A program made the translations under genes and the position numbers. Shown here piece after piece: positions 38,701-48,891 of a DNA stretch of 64,000 nucleotides (position 1 is the first letter of the stretch; each line of letters begins with the position of its first letter). Under the pieces are notes generated by a model. That model made no database searches. It was given only the letters and a program-made list of their open reading frames with translations, and was not told the DNA's origin. The stretch covers positions 203,422,001 to 203,486,000 of the forward strand of contig OX597814.1 in the NCBI GenBank assembly GCA_951406725.2. The letters are read 5' to 3'. The stretch comes from Octopus vulgaris (Eukaryota).

Positions 38701-40173
38701 AAGCCTATCTCTCAACTACCATATTTGTTCACCCAAATTGCTACTTTCCTCATCACTTTCACCAGTTTGATTGTGCAAAACTCTTTTTCTGTTCTGTCAA
38801 TACATTTTAATGTAGTGGGTAGACTTCTGATTTATTTTTTCAGTCAAAAAGAAAAGCCACAACCACAGCAGCAGCTGATACTTCCAGTGAACTTGCCAAA
38901 AGAAGCAAGGAAGCATTCCGCAATAAGGTAAGTTGCATCTCTATTTGAATTCTGCTATTATCTGTCCTGATTTAAAAACTGAAGATCAATTTTTTTTTTT
39001 CAAATATGTGGGAATTTTAATTGCCTTTTTCTCATATTTTCTGATTTTTCTCTCTTCCTTTCTTATCCCAGATGTCCCAATGGATTGTTGCCTGCTTGAA
39101 TCCCTATCGGAAACCAGATTGTAGACTCGGTCGAATATCTAGCACAGATGACTTCAAGCATTTGGCAAGAAAGGTATGCATTGTTATTATCTCTACCCCC
39201 AACTCTCTCTCTCTCTCTCTCACAATAATGTTAATGGTAAATGAGAGTTCATACAGCAGTTGCAGAGCTGTAAGACACATAGATACTTTCCTACAACACA
39301 GGTCCAGTTTGAAATTGTCCTTTCAACCTGCAGAAATCATTGGAGAGCCATTCCTGTAGAGTCCTCCATTGAAACACCACATGGGCTTTCTTTTGTCTCA
39401 TAACAACCAGATTGACTTATTGAAATAAGCAACATGATGTGTGTGTGTTGGTGTTGGGTGGAGTGACTAAACAGTTTCTCTTTGCACAAACTATTACTAC
39501 CACCCCATAACTGCATGCTTGACCACAGTATCAACAAAAATACTAGTTGAGCACTGGGGCCAATGTAATCAACTTAACCCCTCACCTGAAATTGCTGGCC
39601 ACATACCAAAATCTGAAACTGATATTACAAAATTGAACAGTCTTTTGGATACTAGAGAGAGTTTACGAAAAAAACAAAAGACGAAGACAGGTGGTGTACA
39701 AAACAAACAGATGTATTAGTATAATGCTCAGGAATAGAAAAAGTCTTTTACGTTTCGAGCCTATGCTCTTCTACAGAAAGGGATACAGAAAAAACAAGGA
39801 GAGAAAAAAATGTGTGTAGTGAACCAGCATTAGTACAAGCATGGTATAAAGTAATGGTTTGGAAATGGTCATTATTGCCATGAAAATGTTGCTATCATAA
39901 TCCATCCATGTGTATTCCTAAAGTTTATGAATTAATACTATCATCATTTGAAATATTTGCTTTGTGTAAATAATCTACAAATATTTATTTTTCTGTTTCT
40001 TTTGTCAGTTAACTCACCATGTGATGGCCAAGGAGTTGAAACATTGTAAACATCCTGAAGATTTAGAAGTCAATGAAAATGTAAAAGCAAAGGCAAAAGA
40101 CTATATTAAAAAATACATGTGTAAGTTTGGAGCCAATTATAAAAAAGCCCAATCACCTACACCAGATGATTGA
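12524..40173 (+). CDS. SETD2: SETD2/Set2 histone H3K36 trimethyltransferase, 3' portion (18 spliced exons; 5' exons outside window)
   Basis: Exons 12524-12575, 15217-15293, 17421-17622, 18206-18297, 18893-19028, 23200-23331, 24040-24150, 24252-24968, 26509-26572, 26867-26984, 28570-29345, 31557-31732, 33535-33903, 35032-35222, 36593-36683, 38844-38927, 39072-39173 and 40009-40173 join with consistent phases. The domain order AWS-SET-postSET-AID-SHI-WW-SRI is diagnostic of SETD2. Confidence 0.97.
13424..13990 (+). mobile_element. RTE-type LINE 3' end (family C) with internal subrepeats
   Basis: Begins with [14 protein letters not shown] (RTE C-terminus), then repeats of TGGCACGTAAAAAGCACC and GGCGTTAGGAAGGGCATCCAGCTG. 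More than 20 related fragments occur in the window, usually ending in (GAT)n. Confidence 0.75.
15217..15293 (+). CDS. SETD2: SETD2 exon, SET N-terminus: [25 protein letters not shown](P)
   Basis: Acceptor tttttag, donor gtaagt. SET motif I (KGxGL); phases 0/2 fit the neighbouring exons. Confidence 0.92.
15944..16175 (+). mobile_element. SINE family B
   Basis: High similarity to 9437-9676. Confidence 0.87.
16420..16652 (+). mobile_element. SINE family B
   Basis: High similarity to 9437-9676. Confidence 0.85.
17090..17350 (+). mobile_element. RTE-tail repeat (family C)
   Basis: Same 3' module ending GACGTTAAATGATGATG. Confidence 0.8.
17421..17622 (+). CDS. SETD2: SETD2 exon, SET core: [11 protein letters not shown]...[16 protein letters not shown]
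   Basis: Canonical SET signatures EYxGEV and RFINHSCxPN; tgtag acceptor, gtgagt donor. Confidence 0.97.
18206..18297 (+). CDS. SETD2: SETD2 exon, SET C-terminus: [30 protein letters not shown]
   Basis: E-x-T-F-D-Y catalytic motif; tttag acceptor, gtaaat donor. Reading through the donor hits TAA at once. Confidence 0.95.
18616..18731. repeat. Perfect inverted repeat with 57-bp arms and a 2-nt loop
   Basis: 18616-18672 is the exact reverse complement of 18675-18731; imperfect pairing extends to about 18595-18750. Confidence 0.95.
18893..19028 (+). CDS. SETD2: SETD2 exon, post-SET: [22 protein letters not shown]...EDES
   Basis: CxCxxxxC post-SET zinc ligands; gtgcag acceptor, gtgagt donor. 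Confidence 0.95.
20724..20888 (+). CDS. Candidate alternative cassette exon of SETD2 (55 codons, Asp/Gly-rich)
   Basis: CTGAC branch point, pyrimidine tract and CAG at 20708-20723; 165 nt open in frame 0; ATG|GTAAAA donor; phase 0/0 inside a phase-0 intron; ACTAAC motifs downstream. Confidence 0.55.
23200..23331 (+). CDS. SETD2: SETD2 exon, autoinhibitory (AID) region: [31 protein letters not shown]...LQ
   Basis: Similar to human EGLSDKNQVLSLSRLMVRIE; ttttag acceptor, gtaggt donor. Confidence 0.94.
24040..24150 (+). CDS. SETD2: SETD2 exon: [37 protein letters not shown]
   Basis: Similar to human CLKSFLERHGLSLLWIWMAELGDG; canonical splice sites. Confidence 0.94.
24252..24968 (+). CDS. SETD2: SETD2 exon: [23 protein letters not shown]...[13 protein letters not shown]
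   Basis: 239 codons. Both ends resemble human (KTLEHLPIPTKNMLEESKVLP; LATKLLDSWKDLK), with a Ser/acidic linker between. Confidence 0.95.
26509..26572 (+). CDS. SETD2: SETD2 exon: [21 protein letters not shown], followed by a GC donor
   Basis: Similar to human EVYRIPKK. The AG|GCAAGT donor gives phase 1, matching the next exon. Confidence 0.88.
26867..26984 (+). CDS. SETD2: SETD2 exon: (E)[13 protein letters not shown]...NPNRP(R)
   Basis: ttacag acceptor, gtattt donor; Arg-rich; phases 1/2 fit both neighbours. Confidence 0.85.
28570..29345 (+). CDS. SETD2: SETD2 exon: SHI-like helix [15 protein letters not shown] plus Tyr/Gln/Asp-Pro repeats
   Basis: Similar to human KLSTEERRKLFEQEV; long ORF; caacag acceptor, gtaaga donor. 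An in-frame alternative acceptor would start the exon at 28552. Confidence 0.93.
29494..30120 (-). mobile_element. Degraded Tc1-family transposase
   Basis: Motifs VIVSNESRF (from DESRF), VTVWG and [15 protein letters not shown]...LKNAKG. Frameshifted, with catalytic Asp residues lost. Confidence 0.9.
31557..31732 (+). CDS. SETD2: SETD2 exon, Pro/Thr-rich: (V)[16 protein letters not shown]...PAFS
   Basis: tttcag acceptor, gtaagt donor. Phases 1/0 are required to bridge the neighbouring exons. Confidence 0.87.
32581..33428. mobile_element. hAT-type MITE with a nested RTE-tail repeat (about 32670-33200, minus strand)
   Basis: Starts CAGTGGTTCTCA; degenerate right end TTAAGAACTGTTG; diverged 8-bp flanks GCATAAAC/GTCTAAAC; body similar to 53346-53841. 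Confidence 0.7.
33535..33903 (+). CDS. SETD2: SETD2 exon, Pro/Gln-rich low-complexity region (123 codons)
   Basis: Strong pyrimidine tract plus cag acceptor, gtaaat donor; phase 0/0; open frame. Confidence 0.88.
34560..34966 (+). mobile_element. RTE-tail repeat (family C)
   Basis: Same module as 17090-17350 and 59390-59866. Confidence 0.8.
35032..35222 (+). CDS. SETD2: SETD2 exon, WW domain N-half: [33 protein letters not shown](R)
   Basis: Similar to human [34 protein letters not shown]. Confidence 0.96.
35900..36511. mobile_element. hAT-type MITE with a nested full-length SINE A (36041-36418, +)
   Basis: TIRs CAGTGGTTCTCA/TGAGAACCACTG; perfect 8-bp TSD GGTTAGAT at 35892-35899 and 36512-36519. 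Confidence 0.92.
36593..36683 (+). CDS. SETD2: SETD2 exon, WW C-half: [30 protein letters not shown]
   Basis: Similar to human QTQWDPPTW...MDLGTPTYDE; ctctcag acceptor, gtatat donor. Confidence 0.95.
36705..37131. mobile_element. Head-to-head pair of a tRNA-headed element with a Penelope-type hammerhead-like tail
   Basis: 36705-36955 (-) and 36949-37131 (+) are reverse-complement homologs. A-box GTGGTTAAGAGC and B-box GAGTTCGATTCC are present. Hammerhead-like cores at 36789-36832 (-) and 37060-37084 (+). Confidence 0.75.
37925..38312 (-). mobile_element. RTE LINE C-terminal fragment plus family C tail
   Basis: Minus-strand peptide [24 protein letters not shown] resembles the RTE ORF C-terminus; compare [16 protein letters not shown] at about 14620-14670. 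Confidence 0.7.
38844..38927 (+). CDS. SETD2: SETD2 exon, SRI start: [28 protein letters not shown]
   Basis: Similar to human [18 protein letters not shown]; tttcag acceptor, gtaagt donor. Confidence 0.95.
39072..39173 (+). CDS. SETD2: SETD2 exon, SRI domain: [34 protein letters not shown]
   Basis: Very close to human [34 protein letters not shown]. Confidence 0.97.
39745..39780 (-). ncRNA. Minimal hammerhead-ribozyme-like motif (variant core), probably within a Penelope-like repeat at about 39650-39820
   Basis: Minus strand reads CUUU-CUGUAGA-A-GAGC-AUAG-GCUC-GAAAC-GUA-AAAG. Stems I and II pair perfectly; the core has U at position 6. Confidence 0.5.
40009..40173 (+). CDS. SETD2: SETD2 last coding exon, SRI end: [54 protein letters not shown]
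   Basis: Similar to human LTHGVMNKELKYCKNPEDLECNENVKHKTKEYIKKYMQKFG; TGA at 40171-40173. Confidence 0.97.
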   Translation, partial: LTHHVMAKELKHCKHPEDLEVNENVKAKAKDYIKKYMCKFGANYKKAQSPTPDD

Positions 40174-42360
40174 AGACATTTTGTTGGTTAGCATCTACAT
40201 TTCACATGGGAATTTTTATCATTGTCACTTATGATATATACTAACAACTTGGTGCTGTTCTCTTAGCTTTGTTCGAAAGCTTTGAACACTACATGAATGT
40301 AAACACCTGACAAGAGGAAGAGTTTTAATTTATCATCTGGTTTGTTAAGTTACCTCCTCCAATTAGGAAAACGCACAAATCTATCTTTCCTCTTTCCGTC
40401 CTATGGACGTAACTGACGTGACAATAGGGCTAGTTGTGAAAAGAGACGAATTTTCATGAAACTCCCTGCAAAGAAAATCCAATGAAATCATTGTAAATTG
40501 ATTTTCATTAACGATCTCAAGTGCATTTCATAACAGTATACACACACATATTATATGCATTTAGAGGTTAAGTCTCCACTGTTTGTTGGCGTTTCTGTTT
40601 TTTTTTTTTCTTTGTTTTATTTTCCTTGATGTCCTGGCTGTCGTTCTGTGTAAACAGCATTGAGACACTGTACATAGAAAGTGAATGGGACCATGGGAAA
40701 TCTTCCCTTCTAACAAGCCAAATAGCAGTTCCCTGAAACTGAGGAAAAGCAGGCAGGCAGGGATGGGGAGGCTATCTTCTGACTCAGTTCTCATTCAACT
40801 TCCATTCCATCAACCGTAATTCTTTCACCTTTCCTTTCTCATTTTTTTAACTTTTTTTAATTTACATGCCATAAATAGTTGAATGAAGTTGGATTACACT
40901 TGTTCCTTGTTTTTAAATATGCATACACTTCTAAGTTATTCAATTATCAAATTACCTATTTGGTACCCATAATTTTACCTGCTTAATGTTTACGAACAGT
41001 GTATGCTGATCTCACTTTACCTAAAGGGACACACTCATCCTTAAACAAGCAGTGAATCAATAGCTTCACTGGTCAAGAATCCCTTCTGCTGACAATAAAA
41101 TGCTATCATTTCAAAAATTGGTCATATTAAAAATGTCTTTATCTCTGAAAGAGTTTAAGATTTAAAACATTTTTATTCAATGTTTTACCACTATGTGGCT
41201 ACTATTTATGTTCAAAATTTGCTAAGTATTTTATCAATGAAATTTTTAAATTGTAAATTTTCTTTATTACAAGAATTCATTGTAAAATAAGCCTAATCAT
41301 GTTTTAATGAAATCATTTTTTTTAATTAATTAATTAATTAATTTCAAACACAAAAGTGGGGGTTAGAATATTTGTAAATCCTGCCATCATTCTTTTTAGC
41401 ATTGTTTTTTTTTAATACATCATGGAAATTAAATTAATTTTTTTTTTTTTTTTAAACAAAACCATTTTAAAAACTGTGAATGTGGAGACAATACTGATAT
41501 TATTGGGTGCTCTGAATTCTTTAAAATATATTAGATAATCAATTTGCATTCAGAACTTTCAACAACAAATCACTGAATTTTACCTCCAACTAAGATCTAA
41601 TAGGAGTTTTTTAGTTTAATGCATCTGATGGGTTAATATATGAAGAAGAAAAAAAGGTCTGATATAGATATATATGTATATATATGTATGTATATATAGA
41701 TATATAATGAGAGAATATTTTCCAACTGCCTCTGTAGAGTTCTTTCTACGATCCATTGAGGTAATCACAAGGTATCTAGCAACAGGATTTTGTTTTTAAC
41801 ACATAAACTGATTCACAAAATACAGCGTTGTTACAGCCTTTTATGCTAATCTAACAGTTATATTTTTCAAAACTGTGAAGAAACCGTTCATCTACATTGG
41901 TAAAAAAAAAAAGAAAAAAGCAACAAAAAACGTAGCTATGGCAGCAGATACTTGTTAATGTAAATGTTAAAACAGTTATTTATTAAACTATGAACTGGTA
42001 TTAAAAGAGATGAACCAATTGTGTAATTTATCCCATTTTTTTTTTATCTTTATTTTTTAGATTTTAATTTTTTTTGTTATTGTGTTTTGGTTGAAATAAA
42101 TAGTTAACAGATAACATTGTCATTTATTTATCTATTAATTACTACAAGTAAAAGACACAATGTTTTCGATATGTGCCATCTCATCAAATGTTTTATCGAA
42201 CATCCCTACTACTAACACGTAACTTTAATGCATGCATACCAGTGAGAAATGCATTTAGATGGAAAATGCTTTATTTTTAGTTTTCAACCTATTTATGGAC
42301 ATAGCTACTTGTTTCTGATTATGTAAATACATGAATAAAGCATACCGAAGAACTAGTCGG
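40174..42360 (+). other. SETD2: Probable SETD2 3' UTR (about 2.2 kb)
   Basis: AU-rich stretch after the stop codon with no recognisable transposon; AATAAA at 41094, 42095 and 42334. The end point is inferred. Confidence 0.6.
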
Positions 42361-42375
42361 ATCTGTGTTGATTTT
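42322..42375 (+). terminator. Putative distal polyadenylation signal
   Basis: TGTA at 42322, AATAAA at 42334-42339 and a GT-rich ctgtgttgatttt element about 25 nt downstream. Confidence 0.5.
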
Positions 42376-43072
42376 ACATTGAAAATATCTTCTAATAATT
42401 TGCAAATGTATCAATGTAATTCAAGAGAACCATTCCACTATGAAATCTTGTAAATTAAAAGAAATAACATTTTATTTTATTTTATTTTATTTTTTTGTTT
42501 TTTTATCTTCCTCTCTCTCATTATTGTAACTTCATATTTAATAAGAGTTCACTTATGTTTACCACTTGTTTTATAGTCTTATTTCCTCCTGCTCTCCATG
42601 GAGCCCTGGGCGACTCATTTCTCTTGTAATTTTGAGTTCTGAAGGCAAGGTCACTCGCCTCAAACTCAATTACTCTTTCTTTCTCACCATAGGCCTAGGA
42701 TGTTTGGAAGTCGAGGAGAAGGCATTCATAATTCTGCCTAGGGGTCCCATTATACATACTCTCTGCCAGGACCAGCAGAATGTGGAACATATGTAAAGTA
42801 GGGTTGTCATGTGTTTTAGATAATTGTCACTACCCACGCTATTTACTGTGACATTGCTTACAAGTTTCACAACTCAAAGAAATGTTTAGTTTGATATATT
42901 AAATATAGTTGGCTTACACTGAACTGTAGCTTTAAACATTATTTGAAATAATATTTCTGATATTTTTATCATAACAGTGATCGAGAAGGGGGAAAAATGA
43001 AGGCAGTGTTTGATACAACAGTAAATAAAAACAGAGTTAGACACTCGTTATCCACCCTTTAACTGTCTTTAA

Positions 43073-43277
43073 CCCTTTTGTTATAACATTTCTGTTGAAG
43101 TACACTTTGTTTCAGTTAATAATGGAAATAAAGTAACTTAGTGATTATTAAGTTGGTATTTGAAGCATAAATTAACATGACATCCTTGTGCAAGGTTTTA
43201 ATTAGCATCACTTTTAAACAAGAAGTATGTATTGTAGGACCAGGGATGACTTCAAATGGGGGTTGTTATGAAAAGGG
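43073..43277. mobile_element. piggyBac-type MITE
   Basis: TTAA|CCCTTTT...AAAAGGG|TTAA termini. Related copies near 11270-11448, 15642-15800, 50803-51032 and 54286-55221. Confidence 0.8.
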
Positions 43278-43986
43278 TTAAAATGCATCAGTGGCCAGAA
43301 AGAAAAAAGACAAGATCTGCATATCATCAATACACCTGAAAATATCTTAACGAAGTAGGTGAAATTTGTTAAGATTTTATACATGCATAAAACTACAGCT
43401 GTAACTCAAGTGTGTAGTGACTTGGTAGCATATATCATACTTTTGCTAATGGTTTTAGATGACTAGGAGACAAACGTAGACTGCCTCTCAACCCTACCAG
43501 CTAACCAGTTGGAGGGAGAGAGGTCCGCACCAGTACTTGGCTGGTATTAATTTACTAATTTTCTTCTGAGTTAATTGAAGCAATGTGAAAAGAAGTGCCT
43601 TGTTCGGTGAGATATTCTGAAGGATAGCCATTGAATTGTTCACAGTAGCATTTCCCTATTGCTACTTAGAAGAAAAAATTGGCCATCACTTTGCAAGCAA
43701 GCATAACCAAGTAGCTTGTACCACAATTTCACTAATTGTTTTAGGTATCTGTGTAGTTACAAGTTAACATAGACCTCCCTTGGACCCAGTACAATACTGA
43801 TGATGTGACAAGTGGAGAAGAAAGAGACTTCGTTCACAGCTGAGTAAACTGGGGCAGCATGAGACGATGTGCCTTGCTCAAAGACACCTGCCCAATCTAA
43901 AAATCAAACCCACTACCTTAGGATAGCAAATCCATCAGTCTAACAACTAGGCCAAATGCTCTCAGACAGCTGTCCTTTGCCTATGC

Positions 43987-44103
43987 CAGGGGTCCCCAAA
44001 CTTTTTAGACCATCGACCCCTTCATGAAATCATTGACCCCCCAGGCATGTACAAGAAAATAAATACGTAGATGTGCATATATCGACCACTTTGGAGACCC
44101 CTG
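43987..44103. mobile_element. 117-bp hAT-type MITE
   Basis: TIRs CAGGGGTCCCCAAA/TTTGGAGACCCCTG; 8-bp TSD GCCTATGC/GCCTATAC. Confidence 0.85.
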
Positions 44104-45864
44104 GCCTATACTGTTATCATTATGAGGGCTTCATGTAGCTTTATTTAGCTGTTTGATTAAATCTTCATATCTTTCACCACAAGGACTCTTGTCATCATAT
44201 CAATGTGACAATATTCCCTCTCATGCTACAATTCAAGTTCAGAATTCTTCTTATCCGTGACTTCCTTCTCTCTCTCTCTACTCATTGGGTAAAGCTCAGC
44301 AGCTCCAGGAAACATTTTTACCAAACTTTCATACGTTCTTAGTTTTTGGACCTGTAACAACTAATTCTTCCCATTGATTACTGTTAAATACTGTTTCCAA
44401 TAATCAGTCAGTTTCCCTTGGATCAACGAGGGAGCCTCTAAGTGGCTGCATGACCTGCTAGAAATAGCAGCCAAATAGACCATAAATTAGATCCTGTCTT
44501 TTAAAGAAATCTCTCTTAAAATTTATATTGGATAACATAGGAATAATGATGCGTGATACATGAAAAAATAAGCTTTCAAGGTTGGTCTGCTTTTTGATCA
44601 GAAGTTTGATCCATCAGGGCTGACCCAGGGTTAAACAACAACTGTTATCTTTCGGAAAATAACACATTACCTTGTAAATAATAAATTTGTTCAAAATCTA
44701 CCTCTGTGTGCTTGTCAGTTTTTCTATATGTAATGATGAATACTCAATGTTGAAACTTAGTTTCTAAGTAAATTGGATAGAGTTCCATAACATAAAAAAG
44801 CTAAACGTTGCAACAGTGACAGACGACGACATTCTCTAGATTGTATCTTAATCACCAAGGGAGATAACTCTGAAGTATTTTTACATCAATTATGCAACCA
44901 TTGATTACAATCTATTCGACCCCCCAGCCAAGTAATATAGGTATGAGTGTGTAATTCCAAAGATTTGCCGTAATTACTTTAGCTCTCTCATTTGTTTAAA
45001 GAAGCAATATTCTGTCACACTGAGACGTGTATGGTACTATCGTAAATTAGAAAGTCTGAAAATTAAAACATCCCCCACCCTCAAATCAACAGATATACTT
45101 GTTTACATCATCATTATCATCATCATCATCGTTTAAAGTTCGCTTTCCATGCTAGCATGGGTTGGACGAATGACTGAGGGCTGGCGAACCAGATGGCTGC
45201 ACCAGGCTTCAATCTTGATCTGGCAGAGTTTCTACAGCTGGATGCCCTTCCTAATGCCAACAACTCCGAGAGTGTAGTTTTACATGAAAACATTAAATTC
45301 CTTATTGTTGGATCTGAAATGAGAAAGTTGAAATTAAATGTTTTCTATGGTGGGTGAGCAACGTGGATATAAACTTGTTATGGTAGGCTGTATTCCCACG
45401 AAAATTGCCAAAGTTTCTTATCTTGTTTTTATAATAAACCCAACAGTGTAAAAACAAATATTTCTAGTTTCTCATGGATTCTTACTGTAACATGTAAAAA
45501 TTAGCAAAGTTTATGCGAGATACTTATCAGCAAATGTGATTCAAAGACTCCCCTTTTGATGTCTGCTATATAAATATAAAGGATATCATTTTTCAAAGGT
45601 ATCTAAAGTCTAATATTACCTGCTCTCAGGATAACAATGCCACACACCAACATGAAACTGATGAAAATAGCAGTGTATTATGTAACTAATACAGAATAGA
45701 ATCAGGGCTGATAAGTTAAAGCTTCATCTTCAGTTTATCTTCTGATGATGTAAATAACAAAACTATGGTGGTATTTAGTGGCAATCGATGGAAGTGAATT
45801 AAAATTCTTATGTTTGCTGATAGTAAGGAAAAACAAAAATGTCTTCATAGCTTTTCATGCTATG

Positions 45865-46170
45865 AAGAGGAGCAGAGTCTCTAAACCATTAGCAGATTCT
45901 CCAAGGGAAGAGGCTGCATGTATAAATATTTTGCAAGATCTCTAACAGAAAGTGGCAACATCTATAAACCCTTTTGTCTGATCTCCAAGAGGAGTAGCAG
46001 CATCTAAAAGCTATTTACAAGGTCTCTAAGAGGAGGGGAAGTGAATATAATTTATTTTCAGGTGTTTCAAGAAAAGGGCAAAACTCTATAAATCCCCTGC
46101 AGTATCTCCAAGTGGAATCCCAGCATTTGTAAATCATTTGCAGGATCTCTGAGAGAAGGGGCAATGTTTG
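45865..46170. repeat. Degenerate minisatellite of about 41 bp, 7-8 units
   Basis: Recurring AAGAGGAG...CATCTATAAA...TTTGCAGGATCTCY pattern at about 41-nt spacing. Confidence 0.7.
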
Positions 46171-46489
46171 TAGTATCACCAAGATTAACAACATGACTGA
46201 ATGACTAAGAGGTTTGCTTTGTAATCATGAGATCCTGGTTTCAATTCCACTGTAGTATTTTGGACAAAGGATATTTTTTTTTACTATAACTTTTAAGGGA
46301 TTCAAGCTTTCTGTGTGAAATTGGTTAGATGGAAACTGTGGAGATGCCAGTTGGATGGATGTATAAAACATGTAATTCTATGATCCAATCTATTTCCACA
46401 AGACAAGGTGCAGGAAATTGGTGGTGGTGGTGATGGTAATGGTACTACTTGTATCTTCTTCCAATCAGAACTTACTCCATTAGCCACAA

Positions 46490-46920
46490 AGAATAATCTC
46501 TAATTCGAGCCTACTCTAAGCTACTAAGAATGCATGTGGCAACTTGAAGAGCCACCCACCACACGCGATAGACTGGCGGTTGCACGGGTGTGAAAGCCAC
46601 ACTGTTATCCTCATTTTGTAAGCAGTGGCTTTTAATGGGTGGAGAGCTGAACCATCCTGGGGTACAGAGGATTCACAATCTAGACTAGGGTCTGAAAGTT
46701 TACCACACCATAGTGGGTTACACCATGGTTCCTCTGCTTTGTGGAAGAAGTAGGAAGAAAGAGTGAAGAAAGTTGTGGTGAAAGAGTACAGCAGGGTTCA
46801 CCACCATCCCCTGCTGGAGCTTAGGTGTTTTTGCTCAATAAACACTCACTATGCCCGGTCTGGGAATCGAAACCGTGTTCTTACAACCGTGAGCCCTAAC
46901 CACTGTGCCATTGCGCCTCC
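46490..46920 (-). mobile_element. tRNA-derived SINE family D, tail type 1
   Basis: Head GGAGGCGCAATGGCACAGTGGTTAGGGC...GGTTTCGATTCCC on the minus strand. The 3' boundary is approximate. Confidence 0.75.
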
Positions 46921-47804
46921 ACTACTGCTGGTGTTGGTTGTATTGGTACAATTGAACACACCATTCCTCAGGATTACATTTAAACTGTCTGACCAATGAA
47001 TTTCACTGTGACCTGGTAAATATAACAGGACACAATTTAGAATGCCTGAGACTGCATAGGTTTTAAATGAAAAACAATTCACTGATAAGATAATTTTAAA
47101 TAATGATGTGGTAGGGATTTCTCTGCGTAAACGAATATATAGGTAAGTGGGAGCTGATATATTAAACATAGAGAACCAAAAAACTTGTTTGGAGCAATTG
47201 AAATTACATCTGTAATGGAAAAAAATCATTAGCATTGATAATAATTCTTGTCAAGGCAGTTAAGGCAGATAACTCTGAAAGCCAAATTAATTTTAATTAA
47301 AGTTTAAATGGAAGTAAGCAGTAGGGGATTAATCTTTCTATGGTAAGTATGGTGACAAACCCCTGAAAAGAATAGGGTTGAAATGGCTTCTCAGATATGC
47401 TCTGAAAATACTGAGCCCACAGAAATTCATGAAATGTATGTAGTATGTAATGTAGACCTAGTCAACCCACACAAATGTAGAAGGATAAATAGTTGTTAAA
47501 ATAATGATTATGATACCTTCAAGGCCAAAGTCAAGGAAACTAAGAATTATGACAACACCCACCAGCAGCAACGATAAGGATGAAGACGAGGATGATGATG
47601 ATGATGATGACAATTATGATGATACTGAAAATGACTATCATGTAGATGACGATGATAGTGGCAATGATTATGATGATGACGATAATGAGGAGGAGGAGGA
47701 GAGTTCAGGAAAATATTGTTTGCAGTGACAGCAGCAACGGTGGTAGTGATGTTGATGCTGATGATGGTGATGGTATCGCTGTTGCTACTGCTGCTGCTGC
47801 TGTT

Positions 47805-48330
47805 GTTGTTGTTAAGCAACAAGACGGGTATGGGTGATTAGGTGATGGTCTAGGGCTTAGGGGCGGGAGACCCCAGAACTTGGAAAAAAAAAACTTTGGT
47901 CGTCTTGTTGTAGTCGAGGGCTCTTCGTTGACGCCCGACACCACTGGGAGGTGGCCCTCGAAGTCGCTGGAAATGGTGATCTCCAGGTCCAGATTCTAGG
48001 ACGGCTGCTGTTGCTGCTGTTGAGTGGTCCTTTGCTATTCGTAAGACCCGCAGAAGAGAAAGCAGGTCAACCCCCGACACCGAGAGCATCGACGGATGGA
48101 TGAATGCGCATCAAGGTTAAGCGGTTGCGTAGGAAGTCGGGGACAAGAAAGAGTGACAGAAAGTTGGAGTGAAAGACTACAACAGGAGTCGCCACCACCT
48201 CCCTGCCGGAGCCTCGTGGAGCTTTAGGTGTTTTCACTCAATAAACACACACAACACCCGGTCTGGGAATCGAAACCACGATCCTCCGACTGCGAGTCCG
48301 CTGCCCTAACCACTGGGCCATTGCACCTCC
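47805..48330 (-). mobile_element. tRNA(Arg)-like SINE family D, tail type 2, ending in (AAC)n
   Basis: Head GGAGGTGCAATGGCCCAGTGGTTAGGGCAGCGGACTCGCAG...GGTTTCGATTCCC; CpG-rich body suggests a young copy. Confidence 0.8.
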
Positions 48331-48853
48331 TGCTGTTGCTGCTGAAGCTGGTGGTGGCACTAATGCTTGTACTCATGCTGTTGGTACTGGTGCTGGTTGT
48401 GGTGTTTGCGGTAGTGGAGACGGTAGTGATGGTATTGGTGCTGATGCAAATGCTGGTAGTGTTAGTGCTGCTGTTGGGTGAGGTGGTGGTGGAGGTGGTG
48501 GTAGTGCAGGTGATTACACCATCTGTGAAATAAGTACAAATACTGCTTGCTATTGTCCGACTGTAAATACACGGACTGTTTTTAACTGTTCACTACTAAG
48601 TGTGACTACAGATATTACAACAATCTTTAGACATAAGCTTTATTGTATTACAAGTTTCATATATTTAATCTATTAAAAGCTTTTCAGACAAATTGATTCG
48701 TGATATTTTGATGTTAGGAAAATAATAATAATATAATGATAAAAAAATTTTTTTTAAATAGAAAAAAAAAAACAATCATTGTCTCCTTTTTAATATGGGT
48801 GCTTTCCAGGAGGCAAAGCTAGAATTTAAGCAGACTATTTTAAACCTTTGAAA

Positions 48854-48891
<38 letters not shown>

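Noticed and set aside
47504-47837. Acidic ORF resembling the 20.7-kb candidate exon
   Set aside because: A degenerate GAT/GCT/GTT microsatellite adjoining a SINE tail, outside the gene, with no convincing splice sites.
48255-48330. Functional tRNA genes at SINE heads
   Set aside because: A and B boxes are present, but I could not form a complete acceptor stem or cloverleaf, and each head continues into a repeated SINE body.
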